From an uncultured delta proteobacterium (GTDB taxonomy: Bacteria > Desulfobacterota > Binatia > UBA9968), in the NCBI GenBank assembly GCA_963755715.1, contig CAVWLW010000014.1, positions 1 through 64,000 of the forward strand: 64,000 bases of DNA. The letters are read 5' to 3'. The notes beneath the pieces were generated by a model. That model saw only the letters and a program-made list of their open reading frames with translations. It did no database searches and was not told the origin of the DNA. Positions 21,807-31,768 of this stretch are shown here, piece by piece; the first letter of the stretch is position 1; each line of letters starts with the position of its first letter. Both the position numbers and the translations under genes were made by a program.

Positions 21807-22202
21807 ATGCACACCAAACGCAAACCCACCCATCGGAGCCGGCCATCCCAACCTACTTCTGCACACCGGGACGCCTGGTATCAGGTGCCGTCCTATAACA
21901 ACAAACTGCCGGAGGAGTTCTTCGACTGTCGAGTCAAACTCGCCGCTGTGTGTCCGGAGACGGCATTGATGTATGCTGTGCTCGAAAATGCGTTTCTCTC
22001 CTTTCACAAACAGTTTGAGTCGGGTCAGCGGCTTATGCAAGGCGCACGGCAGGCAGAAGAGTGGTTTTTTAGCGATGACTTTCATTGGCTTTTCTCTTTC
22101 GTGTCCGTTTGCGATGTGCTCGGATTGCAACCGCGCTTCATACGGATGAAGCTTAGGCATTGGAGGCAATCCGGTCTAGACTCTGGCCAGGGAAAGTTGT
22201 AG
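21807..22202 (+). CDS. Uncharacterised helical protein, paralog B
   Basis: GGAGG RBS; PETALMYAVLENA...AEEWFFSDDFHWLFSFVSVCDVLGLQPRFIR. Confidence 0.75.
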   Translation: MHTKRKPTHRSRPSQPTSAHRDAWYQVPSYNNKLPEEFFDCRVKLAAVCPETALMYAVLENAFLSFHKQFESGQRLMQGARQAEEWFFSDDFHWLFSFVSVCDVLGLQPRFIRMKLRHWRQSGLDSGQGKL

Positions 22203-22295
22203 CTTATTGCCCGAGCAAGTGACTGTGCAAGCCCCCAGAATTACACTGCTATTGTAATTATAGTTATATCATCGTGGGCTTCGATAGGAGGCACG

Positions 22296-22983
22296 ATGGC
22301 GATTCAACAGACGCCTCAAGCAGAAGAATTCAAGCGACAGTTACGTGATTCGTTAGTAGCGCGAGACCGTCGAATAGTCGCGCCCTCAAGGTCGCCCGAC
22401 ATGACAACGTCTACACCAGCGGCGATCAAGGCAATATGGTCTATTTCATCGAGAGCGGCCAGATCAAACTGCTGATGCTCTCCGCCGATGGTAAAGAGTG
22501 CCTCCTGGCGATCCATAGTGGCGGAGATATCTTCGGTGAGTTGTCTTTATCCGGTTTAGGCGCGCGCTTGGAAACGGCCACGGCGATGAAAGCAACGACC
22601 CTAAAACAAATACCCTGCGCTCATTTTTTTGCGCGTCTCGAGTCGCGACTCGCTGTTTGAGGGGTTTGTGCGCTACCTGGCTGTGCGCATCGCGGACCAA
22701 CAGCAGGTGATCGCCAATCTGGTGACAGTCGACAGCGAGCAGCGGCTAGGCCAGACGTTGCTACAGTTGGCTCGCACCATGGGCAAGAAGGATCCGCGCA
22801 GCATTCGCATAGAGTTGAGGATTTCCCATGAAGAATTGTCGGAGATGGTCGGCACGACTCGGCCGCAGGGTGAGCTTGTTCATGCAGCGATTTCATAATC
22901 TCGGGCTGATTGAGACGAATAAAGATCGTTTTTTGATCATCAAAGAAAAGAAACTCGCCGATTACCTGGCGCAGATTGCGTAG
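22296..22983 (+). CDS. Crp/Fnr family transcriptional regulator (several frameshifts)
   Basis: AGGAGG RBS; cNMP-binding fold (VYFIESGQIKL...GDIFGE); HTH ISHEELSEMVGTTRP; C-terminus ..LGLIE...KLADYLAQIA* in a third frame. Confidence 0.88.
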
Positions 22984-23028
22984 AGGACGGGGGCCTCTAC
23001 GCACGCAGCGCGACATTCTTTTCCAGAT

Positions 23029-23071
23029 TGTCCAGTTTTAGACAGCGGTCTTTTTCTAGTCAGCGCATTCT
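23029..23071 (+). promoter_or_regulatory. Crp-type palindromic site 4 plus -10 element
   Basis: TGTCCAGTTTTAGACA (23029-23044), 21 bp spacer, CATTCT (23066-23071). Confidence 0.6.
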
Positions 23072-23147
23072 GGAGATAGGGATCAATAGTAATCGCCGCT
23101 CTAGAGTTGATCAGTCGTTTCGGTTTTGACGAAAGAGGGATTTTTTT

Positions 23148-23378
23148 GTGAACGCTAAACCAATAATACACGTCGGTATCGCCCTCATTCTTCTCGGCGT
23201 CGTGGCTTTTACTTACCAAGGGGGCGGCGATACAAGCGACGAGAAGACCGTCGACACCCGGAGCCTTCAAGCCGCCATTGACACCAAGCAGACTCGTACG
23301 ATCTCGCCGGTCTTGGGCGGATTAGTGCTTGTAGGTGGGATCGTGTTGGTAGTAGTTGGCGTCAAAAAGTCGTCCTAG
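23148..23378 (+). CDS. Small two-TM protein (DUF3185-like)
   Basis: GIALILLGVVAFTYQG...PVLGGLVLVGGIVLVVVG. Confidence 0.75.
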   Translation: MNAKPIIHVGIALILLGVVAFTYQGGGDTSDEKTVDTRSLQAAIDTKQTRTISPVLGGLVLVGGIVLVVVGVKKSS

Positions 23379-23461
23379 TGCCCACTTACCACGCGCTTCT
23401 GCTTAGGCGATTGTCGACGCATAACGGCCGCACCGCCTGCAGATGAACCGTTGATTCCGTT

Positions 23462-24203
23462 TCAGTGCGGCTTGAAGATGGATGCAAGCAGATCGATGGG
23501 CAAGGGAACGATAATGGTTTCATTCTTTCTCGACGGCGACTTGGGAAAGCGCCTGCAAAAAACGGAGGTGAAAGGTTGCGGGCTGTTTTGCCATGATCTC
23601 GGCCGCATCTGCGAGTTTCTGCGCCGCTTGAAACTCGCCCTCCGCGTGAATGATTTTAGCGCGTCTTTCCCTTTCTGCCTCAGCTTGTTTTGCCATAGCC
23701 CGCTGCATATCCTGTGGCAAATCTATATCCTTGATCGCGACCAGGCTCACTTTAATGCCCCAGGACGTGGTTTGTGCATCCACGATCTCTTGAATCTGCG
23801 CGTTGATCCTCTCTCTTTGACTCAGAATCTGGTCCAATTCTGATTGACCGCACACGTTTCGCAGGGTGGTTTGTGCGAACTGCGATATCGCAAAGAGATA
23901 GTTTTCAACCTGGATGAGCGCGCTATTCGGATCTAGCACGCGAAAATAAACTACGGCAGCGACCTTTACAGATACGTTATCCCGCGTAATGACATCTTGC
24001 GGAGGGACGTTCAGGGTCAGCGTTCGCAAGTCGACCCGGACCATTTTTTCAAGGAAGGGGATGATGAAGCTAAGTCCGGGTCCGCGAAAGGAGACGAGGC
24101 GTCCCAAACGAAAGACTACTCCTCGTTCGTATTCTTTGAAGACTTTGAGCCCAGTCAGAACAACGCCGAGAAGGATGATAAAAAAAATGATAATCGAGTC
24201 CAA
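23462..24203 (-). CDS. SPFH/stomatin-like (slipin) protein, second copy (frameshift near C-terminus)
   Basis: [35 protein letters not shown]; TTG start with GGAG RBS; tail [10 protein letters not shown] in a shifted frame. Confidence 0.9.
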
Positions 24204-24673
24204 TAATCTCCTTCCCGCATTAATGACAGCGATTTCCAACCGAGCGGGTACGATCGGCATTCTCGGATCTCTTGGCTTGAAGCGGCCGAGAATTTCGATC
24301 AGAAAACAGCATAATAGTTATTTAGCACTTAGCCTCAATCGATCGAGCATTACAACCTCGCGTTAGGCCACTGTCCAAGCCGTACTTCCCGATAGAATTA
24401 TTTTATGCAGGTAGTTCGCGATCCGAGTGCCTGGCAAGCCGATGAACTGGTGGAATCGGAGCGTTACGGTTCACGCCAACAGGATTCAAAGCAAAAACCG
24501 CGCGGGCTATCTTTACGCGCGTACTTTGCTATACTCAAGTGGACTAACCGTCCACATTCCAAAGTCCGACTAACGCATCCTCGGTCCAACTTGACCGAGC
24601 TTTAAAGAAGTGGTCCCCCAGTGGGTACCGCCTCTCTGTATCTTAAATAAACCCTTAGCCCTAGGAGGAGATT

Positions 24674-24850
24674 ATGGAAACCTTTAAGAAGCGCCAAAAG
24701 GCTTGGGCGCGCAAGGAAAAGCAACAGAAAAAGGCGGCGCGTAAGATGGAGCGGCGTAATGAAAAGGCGAAATCTCCGGACAGCTCGCAAGAGGAGAGCG
24801 ATCATCTGCCGTCGGAGTCCGACAGTCAACCGGCACCACCGATTTTGTAA
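24674..24850 (+). CDS. 58-aa basic small protein (below the ORF-track cutoff)
   Basis: AGGAGGAG RBS; METFKKRQKAWARKEKQQKKAARKMERR...PPIL*. Confidence 0.65.
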   Translation: METFKKRQKAWARKEKQQKKAARKMERRNEKAKSPDSSQEESDHLPSESDSQPAPPIL

Positions 24851-24974
24851 CACATTTGTTCATGAAGGATTCAGGCAGTGCTCCGATAGCCCGCGGTTAT
24901 TTACCAAGGCCGGAGAGAATAGCGCGAGCCGCCGGGTGACGGCGTGGCTTGAACAAAGTAGAGCGTCGGCAAAA

Positions 24975-25202
24975 ATGAAACAGGATACTTCGTACAAAGA
25001 CTATGTGATCCGCAGCGAATCCTTCCAGCGCGAAAAAAATGGTGCCTGGATACCGCAATATACCGTGACCCATCAGAGAGCCGCGGCCCAAAAGATAGAT
25101 TTTCCCTCGCATCAGTATCAGTTCAATCACGCTTATTTCACGGAACATGAAGCGGATGAGTTCGCTGTGCTTATGGCACAGACATGGATCGACAAGCACT
25201 GA
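24975..25202 (+). CDS. Small hypothetical protein
   Basis: SYKDYVI...WIPQYTV...FTEHEADEFAVLMAQTWID; resembles 19733. Confidence 0.6.
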   Translation: MKQDTSYKDYVIRSESFQREKNGAWIPQYTVTHQRAAAQKIDFPSHQYQFNHAYFTEHEADEFAVLMAQTWIDKH

Positions 25203-25343
25203 TTAGATTGCTTCAATCCCGCCCCGCCATGCAACCAGGCGTCCAATTGCATAACTTAGATTTGACTTTTGCTCGATCCGCCCAGCGCTTGTCGGACTCT
25301 TTACCTTCATCTTTATCTGATTGATAACGCGTCGAGGGCTTCA

Positions 25344-25586
25344 TCAGTTCGGCGTACGTCCGCGCGCTTTCATGCAATTATTGAAAGCTTCCGCTCGGCT
25401 GCCGGCGCCGGCCGAAAGAGCCGCCTTGCGCTCGCACTCCGATGCATCCTGATTAAGGGTGTTGGTAGATCGGCTTTCATTGGAGGGCGGCGCGCTCCTG
25501 CTGTCATAAGGGCCGGCGGGGTATGGGCTCGGCGGTGGGGCGCATCCCGCCAACAGCAGCAATCCGACAAAGAATACGAGCTTCAT
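25344..25586 (-). CDS. Small lipoprotein
   Basis: Lipobox LAGC; two further Cys (ECER, NCMKARG). Confidence 0.7.
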   Translation of the reverse strand: MKLVFFVGLLLLAGCAPPPSPYPAGPYDSRSAPPSNESRSTNTLNQDASECERKAALSAGAGSRAEAFNNCMKARGRTPN

Positions 25587-25727
25587 GGATTTTTCTCTTT
25601 CTGCGGCTGCTTCAGATCTCTTTCTTTATCTTTAACAAGTTTCACTGGCCGCTAATACGCGCCGCGCTGTCGAATATCATGTGCCGGTTAATACTGATAG
25701 CGGCGCAATAGATACCTTCTCCCCCAT

Positions 25728-27076
25728 TTACGCCCCGAGCGCTTTGCGCAGTTGGACAAACGACTGTAACTGGCCTTGCCTGATCGCGATCTGGCTGTCT
25801 TGTTGTAGGTATAGGCTGCGCTGAGTTTCCAGCAGGTTCAGATAATCGATGGCGCCGGCGTCGAAACGCGCCTTGGCGATATCATAGGCATTTTGAGATT
25901 CCTTGACCGACTCGACCGAAATTGCCGCCTGTTCATTGTTGCTCTTCAGTGCAGCCAGAGCGTCTTCGACCTCTTGGAAGGCGACGAGCACCGTTTTCTG
26001 ATACTGCGCGGCGAGCTCTTTCTGGCGCGCCGTGACGTTTTCGAGGTTGCCGGTAAGCGCGCCGCCGGTAAATATCGGCGCCAGCAAGCTCGACGCCAGC
26101 GAAGTTGCCGCGCTTGCCGGGCCACCGAAGCCGGCCGCGACCGCCGTATCGACACCCAGCGTGAGTGAGGGAAAAAAGGCCGCCCGTGCCACGCCGATAT
26201 CGGCGTTGGCGCTGCGCAAGCCGGCCTCGGCGCTTTGAATATCGGGCCGCGCGGTCAACAAGGTTGCCGGTGGCGTGAGATTGACTTGCGGCATTTTTAA
26301 CGATGCGAGCTCGGCCGCAGGCGTAGACAAATTTTGCGGCGCTCTGCCGAGCAGAATCGCCAGCGCATTGGCCGTAGTGCTGCGCGGCTTCGACGAGGGC
26401 GGTGAGGGCCGTGCGAAATCCATTGACCGCGACCCGCTGCTGCGAAACTTCGAGACCGGAGACGCCGCCCTGGGCAAAGCGCGCTTCGATGATGCGGAGA
26501 ATTTCTTCGGCGTTCTTGAGATTGAATTCGGCGATGCGGATGCGGTCGTTGAGACTCAGGATCTGCGAATAAAAATCAGTGACGTCGGAGGTGACGACCA
26601 GGCGCAAAGCTTCGCGATCGAACTGACTGGCGTCGACTCGATAGTTGGCCGACTGAGCGAAATTACGGTTCTTGCCCCAAAGGTCCACCTCGTAGCTGAT
26701 GCTGCCCCCGCCGCGCACCAATGTGGTATTTTTCGAATCCTGAAACGTGCGCGACGCCGAGCCGCTGGCGCTGACATTCGGGTAAAGCGGCGAACCGGCG
26801 ACTTTCGCCTGGGCGCGCGCCTGCTCGATGCGGTGCAGCGCCGCTTCGAGATCGAGATTTTGCGCCAGCGCAATATCGATCAAGCGATTTAAATCCGCGC
26901 TGCCAAACTCTTCCCAAAAAGGCGTTGTGCTCGGTTGCGTGAGCGAGACCGACGCCATCGACGCTCGACCAGCCCTGGGGCAATGCCATGTTCGGCCGCT
27001 GATAATTGGGCGCGAGACTGCAAGCCGACAACGCTAACGAAAGCGCCATCGTGCCGCTAACTAGATGTTTACGCAT
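25728..27076 (-). CDS. Outer membrane efflux lipoprotein (NodT/TolC family; frameshifted)
   Basis: Lipobox LSAC; SYEVDLWG; RPDIQSAE; AFQEVEDAL; spread over three ORF pieces. Confidence 0.88.
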
Positions 27077-27084
27077 AAATCACC

Positions 27085-29025
27085 TCACTCCGAAGCTAAG
27101 GCAACGACTGGATCAAGCTGAGCGGCTTTGCGTGCCGGCAAATAGCCGAACGCCAAGCCGGTGGCGGAAGCGCAGGCGAAGGCGAGCGCCGCCGGCGTCA
27201 CTGAGAAGATCACGGTCATGCCGCTGTAGCGCAGCACCAGGCCGGCGATCATGCCGACGAGGATGCCCAAGATACCGCCGGCGGCGCAGACCACGGCGGC
27301 TTCGATGTTGAATTGCAGCATGATGTCGCGCATGCGCGCGCCGGTCGCCATGCGAATGCCGATCTCGCGGGTGCGCTCGACGACGCTGACCAGCATGATG
27401 TTCATCACGCCGATGCCGCCGACCAGCAGCGAGATCGCCGCCACCGTGCCGAGCAGCAAAGTAAACGTGTCCTGGGTTTCCATGGCGGCCTGAAGAAACG
27501 ACGCCATGTTGCGCACGCTGAAGTCCTCGGTGTTGTGGCGGTTTTTGAGCAGGGCTTCGACGCGCACCTGGGTCGCTTCGATGTCACTCGAATCTTTGAC
27601 TTTGATGGTGATGCTGCTCAAGTAATTCTTGCCGAACAGCCGCACCAAGCCGGTGCTGATCGGCACGAAAATAACATCGTCCTGGTCGCTGCCGTTGGGC
27701 GAAGCGCCTTTGTCGCTCATGACGCCGATGACGACGTAGGGCACGCTGCGGATCAGGACATACTTGCCGATGGGACTGCCGCCATCGGGAAATAGGGTCT
27801 TGGCTACCGTGCGGCCGAGCACGACGACGGCGGCATAGTGCTTCATGTCGTCGGCATTGAAGAACTGGCCTTCGGCCACCGGCCAATCACGGGCGGAAGG
27901 AAAGTCTTCGCCGGTGCCTTGGGCCGAGGTCTGATAGTCGATGTTGCCGTAGCGTACGGTTATCCGAGTGCTGCGCTCCGGCAGAGCGGTTTCGACATTG
28001 GGCAATGCCTTGATCGCGGCGGCGTCGTCGGGCACCAGGGTCGCGATATCGCCGGCGTTGCGGATGCCGGCGGCGCCGGGCCGGATCAACATTAAATTGG
28101 TCCCGAAGGAGCTGATGCGATCGAGAACTTTCTGGCGGCTGCCTTCGCCCACCGCGAGCATGGCAACCACCGCCGCGACACCGATGATAATGCCGAGCAA
28201 GGTAAGCATGGTCCGAAAAATATTGACGCGCAGCGAGCGCCAGGCGGTGACGAGCGCTTCCTGCACGCTTGCCATCAGGCCGACGGCGCTTTCGAAACTG
28301 CGATGGCTGGTCGCGACACTTTCCGTCGCCTGGTCGGCGACGCTTCCGGTGTCTTCGAGAATGCGGCCGTCCTGGATGCGCACGATGCGGCCGGCGTGCT
28401 GCGCGACGTTTTCGGCGTGGGTGATCAGAATGATCGTGCGCCCTTCGGCGTGCAGTTGTTTGAGCAAAGCCAGGACTTCGTCGCCGCTCTTGCTGTCCAA
28501 GGCGCCGGTGGGCTCGTCGGCGAGAATCACCGGCGGATCATTCACCAGGGCGCGGGCGATGGCGACGCGCTGCTGCTGGCCGCCGGAAAGTTCCGAAGGA
28601 CGATGCGCGGTGCGGTCGCCGAGGCCGAGGCGCGCGAGCAGGCTGGCGGCGCGCTCGGCGCGCTTGTGCTTGGGCAGGCCGGCGTACACCGAGGGAATCT
28701 GCACGTTCTCGCCGGCCGTGGCCGTGGCCAATAAGTTATATTTCTGAAAGACGAAGCCGAAGGTTTCGCGCCGTAGCGACGCCAACTCGTCGGGTTCGAG
28801 ATTCGCCGCTTCGTGGCCGAGTACCTTGTAACTGCCCGTCGTGGGGCGATCGAGACAGCCGAGAATATTCATCAAGGTCGATTTGCCGGAACCGGACTGC
28901 CCCATGATCGCGACAAACTCACCCCGGCGAATTTTTAGCGACACCCCGTCAAGGGCCCGTACCGTGGTGTCGCCGTTGATGTAGTGTTTATGGATATCGC
29001 TCAGATCCAGGATCGTCTCGTTCAT
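27085..29025 (-). CDS. macB: MacB family ABC efflux ATPase/permease
   Basis: GQSGSGKS, LSGGQQQR, ADEPTG, GGIGVMNIMLVSVVERTREIG. Confidence 0.95.
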   Translation of the reverse strand: MNETILDLSDIHKHYINGDTTVRALDGVSLKIRRGEFVAIMGQSGSGKSTLMNILGCLDRPTTGSYKVLGHEAANLEPDELASLRRETFGFVFQKYNLLATATAGENVQIPSVYAGLPKHKRAERAASLLARLGLGDRTAHRPSELSGGQQQRVAIARALVNDPPVILADEPTGALDSKSGDEVLALLKQLHAEGRTIILITHAENVAQHAGRIVRIQDGRILEDTGSVADQATESVATSHRSFESAVGLMASVQEALVTAWRSLRVNIFRTMLTLLGIIIGVAAVVAMLAVGEGSRQKVLDRISSFGTNLMLIRPGAAGIRNAGDIATLVPDDAAAIKALPNVETALPERSTRITVRYGNIDYQTSAQGTGEDFPSARDWPVAEGQFFNADDMKHYAAVVVLGRTVAKTLFPDGGSPIGKYVLIRSVPYVVIGVMSDKGASPNGSDQDDVIFVPISTGLVRLFGKNYLSSITIKVKDSSDIEATQVRVEALLKNRHNTEDFSVRNMASFLQAAMETQDTFTLLLGTVAAISLLVGGIGVMNIMLVSVVERTREIGIRMATGARMRDIMLQFNIEAAVVCAAGGILGILVGMIAGLVLRYSGMTVIFSVTPAALAFACASATGLAFGYLPARKAAQLDPVVALASE

Positions 29026-30230
29026 AGCTGGGGCCCTCGATTCACGCGCGGCGCGTTGTTGCCGCCGCGCTGCTGATTATTGGCTTGAGCGGTTGAAGGC
29101 GCGGGCCGCGTCGCCGCAACTCGTTCGCCTTCCTGCAATCCGTCAACGACCTCGGCCTGGGTGCGGGTCTGCAAACCGACGTGGATCACGCGCTGTTCGC
29201 GGCCCGCTTCGGTAACGACCGCGACGCGGTAGGCTTTACCTTTGTCATTGTCTTCTTTCGCTGCGCGCCGAGTGAGCAACTCCGCCGGGATCACCAGGGC
29301 GTTGTCGGCTTTGCCGAGAATGAAAAAAACCTGTGTCGTCATACCGGTCATGAGTTGGCGCCCTTCGTTTTTCGCGTCGATCAGCACGTCGTAAAGCACC
29401 ACGTCGTTGACGATCTGCGGCGAAGGCAGCACCTGGCGCACTTTGCCGGTCCATCGATGGTCGCTATTGCCCAGGGTGGTGAAGTATACCGGCATGTTTT
29501 CTTTAAGGCTGCTGACATCCGCTTCGGCGACCTGCGCGCGCACGGTCATGAGATCGAGATTGGCCACCTGCAAAACTATTGGCGCGGTCTGGTTGGCGTT
29601 GAGTGTTTGGCCTTCCTTCGTCGGCAGCGTGGTCACCGTCCCCGCCATCGGCGCATAGATTTTCGTGTAGCTGAGATTGGTGCGGCTCGCTTTTAAATTG
29701 GACTCGGTTTCCTGGATCTGCGCGGCGATCGATTCGACCTGGGCGCGCGCCACCGAAGCCTGGCTCTCGGTCTCCTGCAGCGCCTGCTGGCTCACCGCGT
29801 TGGCGGTGATCAGATTTTGATTGCGTTTGAGATTCTGTTCAGCCAACACCGCGGCGGCTTTCTGCTGGTTGAGCTGGGCGCGCAGGCTGTTCAAATGCGC
29901 CTCGCCGGCTTCCACTTGAGCCTGGTAAACGCGCGGGTCGATCTCGGCGAGCAATTGGCCTTTGGTCACGGTATCGCCGATGTCGACGTGGATCGCTTTA
30001 AGCTGGCCGGAGACTTGAGTGCCGACGTCAACGTACTGCTTGGCTTCGAGCTTGCCCTGGGCAGTGACCAAGGCTTCGACGGTTCCCCGAGTCACCGTGA
30101 TCGGCACCAGGACGTCCCGCTTCGGCGCTCCCGCGGCGCCCGTGTACCAATACAAGCCGCCGCCGATCAGCACCGCCAAAATAACCCCGGCGATGATCTT
30201 TTTTCGTTTTGTTGCCGTTAGCCAATTCAT
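29022..30230 (-). CDS. macA: MacA-like periplasmic adaptor subunit
   Basis: VDVGTQVSGQL, IYAPMAGTV, GQTLNANQTAP. Confidence 0.9.
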   Translation of the reverse strand: MNWLTATKRKKIIAGVILAVLIGGGLYWYTGAAGAPKRDVLVPITVTRGTVEALVTAQGKLEAKQYVDVGTQVSGQLKAIHVDIGDTVTKGQLLAEIDPRVYQAQVEAGEAHLNSLRAQLNQQKAAAVLAEQNLKRNQNLITANAVSQQALQETESQASVARAQVESIAAQIQETESNLKASRTNLSYTKIYAPMAGTVTTLPTKEGQTLNANQTAPIVLQVANLDLMTVRAQVAEADVSSLKENMPVYFTTLGNSDHRWTGKVRQVLPSPQIVNDVVLYDVLIDAKNEGRQLMTGMTTQVFFILGKADNALVIPAELLTRRAAKEDNDKGKAYRVAVVTEAGREQRVIHVGLQTRTQAEVVDGLQEGERVAATRPAPSTAQANNQQRGGNNAPRVNRGPQL

Positions 30231-30266
30231 ACTGATTCACCTTTCCCTCGGAGCGATCTTACTGAA

Positions 30267-30294
30267 TGATACGAACCAGGCGCTGGAAGTCTCC
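30267..30294 (-). promoter_or_regulatory. Putative ECF sigma promoter of macAB-tolC
   Basis: Minus strand GGAGACTT-N9-GGTTCGTATCA; matches 31769-31796. Confidence 0.7.
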
Positions 30295-30303
30295 GTGAGC
30301 GCC

Positions 30304-30334
30304 AAAAAAAAGCGCCGGGGTTCCCGGCGCTTTT
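30304..30334 (-). terminator. Rho-independent terminator
   Basis: A8-GCGCCGGGGTTCCCGGCGC-TTTT; U8 tail on the minus strand. Confidence 0.8.
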
Positions 30335-30345
30335 ATAAAAGTCAT

Positions 30346-30798
30346 TTATTTCGCCAGTTTAGCCTTGGCTGGGCGGCGGCGGGCGGCGCAGCATTTGGGC
30401 AAATCGGCGCCGTTCTTCCGGGCTCAGGTCCTTGATGGCTAGTTTAACCGATTGCGAGAGTTGTTTGCTCATTTTCGCGCGCAACTCATTGATCTTGAGC
30501 TTCTTGACGGTCCAAGGCCGCTTCATCGAAGGATTCGCCGCCGAGCACTTGAATGGCCTCGTCCTGAGCTTTGCGCATTTGCTCGAAAAACGGATCGGCG
30601 GTGGCGCGCAAGCTGCTGAAATCGTTCGCGCAGCCGCTGCTGCGACGCTTCGGGCAGGTCTTTAATGACTTGCTCTATGCGCTGCTGGCGCATAGCATTG
30701 CGATCGAAGCGGCGCGGTGATTGACCGAGCACGAAACCGAGCAACAGCACATTCAAAATAATCGAACCGACAAACGTCATTTTCGTAGCCCGGTTCAT
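30346..30798 (-). CDS. Periplasmic heavy-metal-sensor/Spy-like protein (frameshifted; 3' end approximate)
   Basis: SIILNVLLLGFVLG N-terminus; helical body; C-terminal LSPEERRRFAQML in a shifted frame. Confidence 0.65.
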
Positions 30799-31109
30799 AA
30801 AAACCCCTCATCGCCGGCGATCATGCTCTGCGTCGTGGTATAGTTGGCATCTTGAATCGTCGAACTGTCCGGACTCGTATTGAATCCCAGCACCATGCCC
30901 AAAACCAAGGCACTGGCGAGCACGTAGCCGGGCTTCGGCAAATGAAATTCGGCGAACAACTGGCGCAGCGACTGCCACAATGAAATATTCTGGATTTGCG
31001 GCACAGTTTGCGCCTTCAGAATGATTCGCGCAGCCAAGTCAGGACTCGCGGCATCCCTGCGGCGATTGTGCAGCATCGAATCTAATTTCTGGTCTCGATG
31101 GTCATTCAT
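30795..31109 (-). CDS. Putative anti-sigma factor
   Basis: Directly downstream of the ECF gene; ASPDLAARII followed by a single TM segment. Confidence 0.65.
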   Translation of the reverse strand: MNDHRDQKLDSMLHNRRRDAASPDLAARIILKAQTVPQIQNISLWQSLRQLFAEFHLPKPGYVLASALVLGMVLGFNTSPDSSTIQDANYTTTQSMIAGDEGFL

Positions 31110-31116
31110 AAAACCC

Positions 31117-31671
31117 TCACAGATAATCCTTTAAGCGTTCCTTCAAGGTCGTCTTGGCGCGCATTACCAGCGACTGCAATGCTTTAAGATTAATCGCCAT
31201 CACGTCCGCCGCGTCCTGATTACTCAAGCCCTCATCGTAACAGAGGTTAATCGCCGTTCGCTGGCGCTCGGGAAGAGCCGAAATGGCGCCTTCCAAAGCG
31301 ATTTGCTGCTGCTTTCGTTGCATGGCTTCATCGGCGCTTTCGCGCTCGTCGATGATCGGCATATCCTCGTTGAGTTCCAGCGGCTGCTTTTTCTTTTGCC
31401 AGTCGAGGCATAGATTGACCACGACCCGGTAGAACCAAGTGGTAAACTTAGTGTTCTTGTCCGGCTGCCATCTATGCGGATCTTCCCAGAGCTTGAGAAA
31501 GGCATCTTGAACCATGTCTTCGGCCGCTTCTTTGCTCTGAACGTAGCGATAAGCCAGGCGGTAAAAGCGCTCGGTATGGCGTTCGACCAGCAAGGCAAAG
31601 GCTTGGCTGCTACCATCCTGGATGAGCGCGAGGAGTTCGTGGTCGTCTTTATCCGGCCAGGGTGTCGCCAT
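31117..31671 (-). CDS. ECF RNA polymerase sigma factor
   Basis: Region 2 AEDMVQDAFLKLW...FTTWFYRVVVNLCLD; region 4 LPERQR...EGLS. Confidence 0.93.
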   Translation of the reverse strand: MATPWPDKDDHELLALIQDGSSQAFALLVERHTERFYRLAYRYVQSKEAAEDMVQDAFLKLWEDPHRWQPDKNTKFTTWFYRVVVNLCLDWQKKKQPLELNEDMPIIDERESADEAMQRKQQQIALEGAISALPERQRTAINLCYDEGLSNQDAADVMAINLKALQSLVMRAKTTLKERLKDYL

Positions 31672-31768
31672 AGTGTCGAATTAATTGCCTTAAGGCTTTG
31701 ATTTACTTGCTCGATCATACAACCAGTGGACTCCAAAAATAAGGCCGGAGACACTCCCGTTCAATGGT

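Noticed and set aside
18150-24350. CIRCE operator near hsp20-lon or slipin
   Set aside because: Only half-sites (TTAGCACT at ~18280 and ~24322); no GAGTGCTAA partner at 9-bp spacing.
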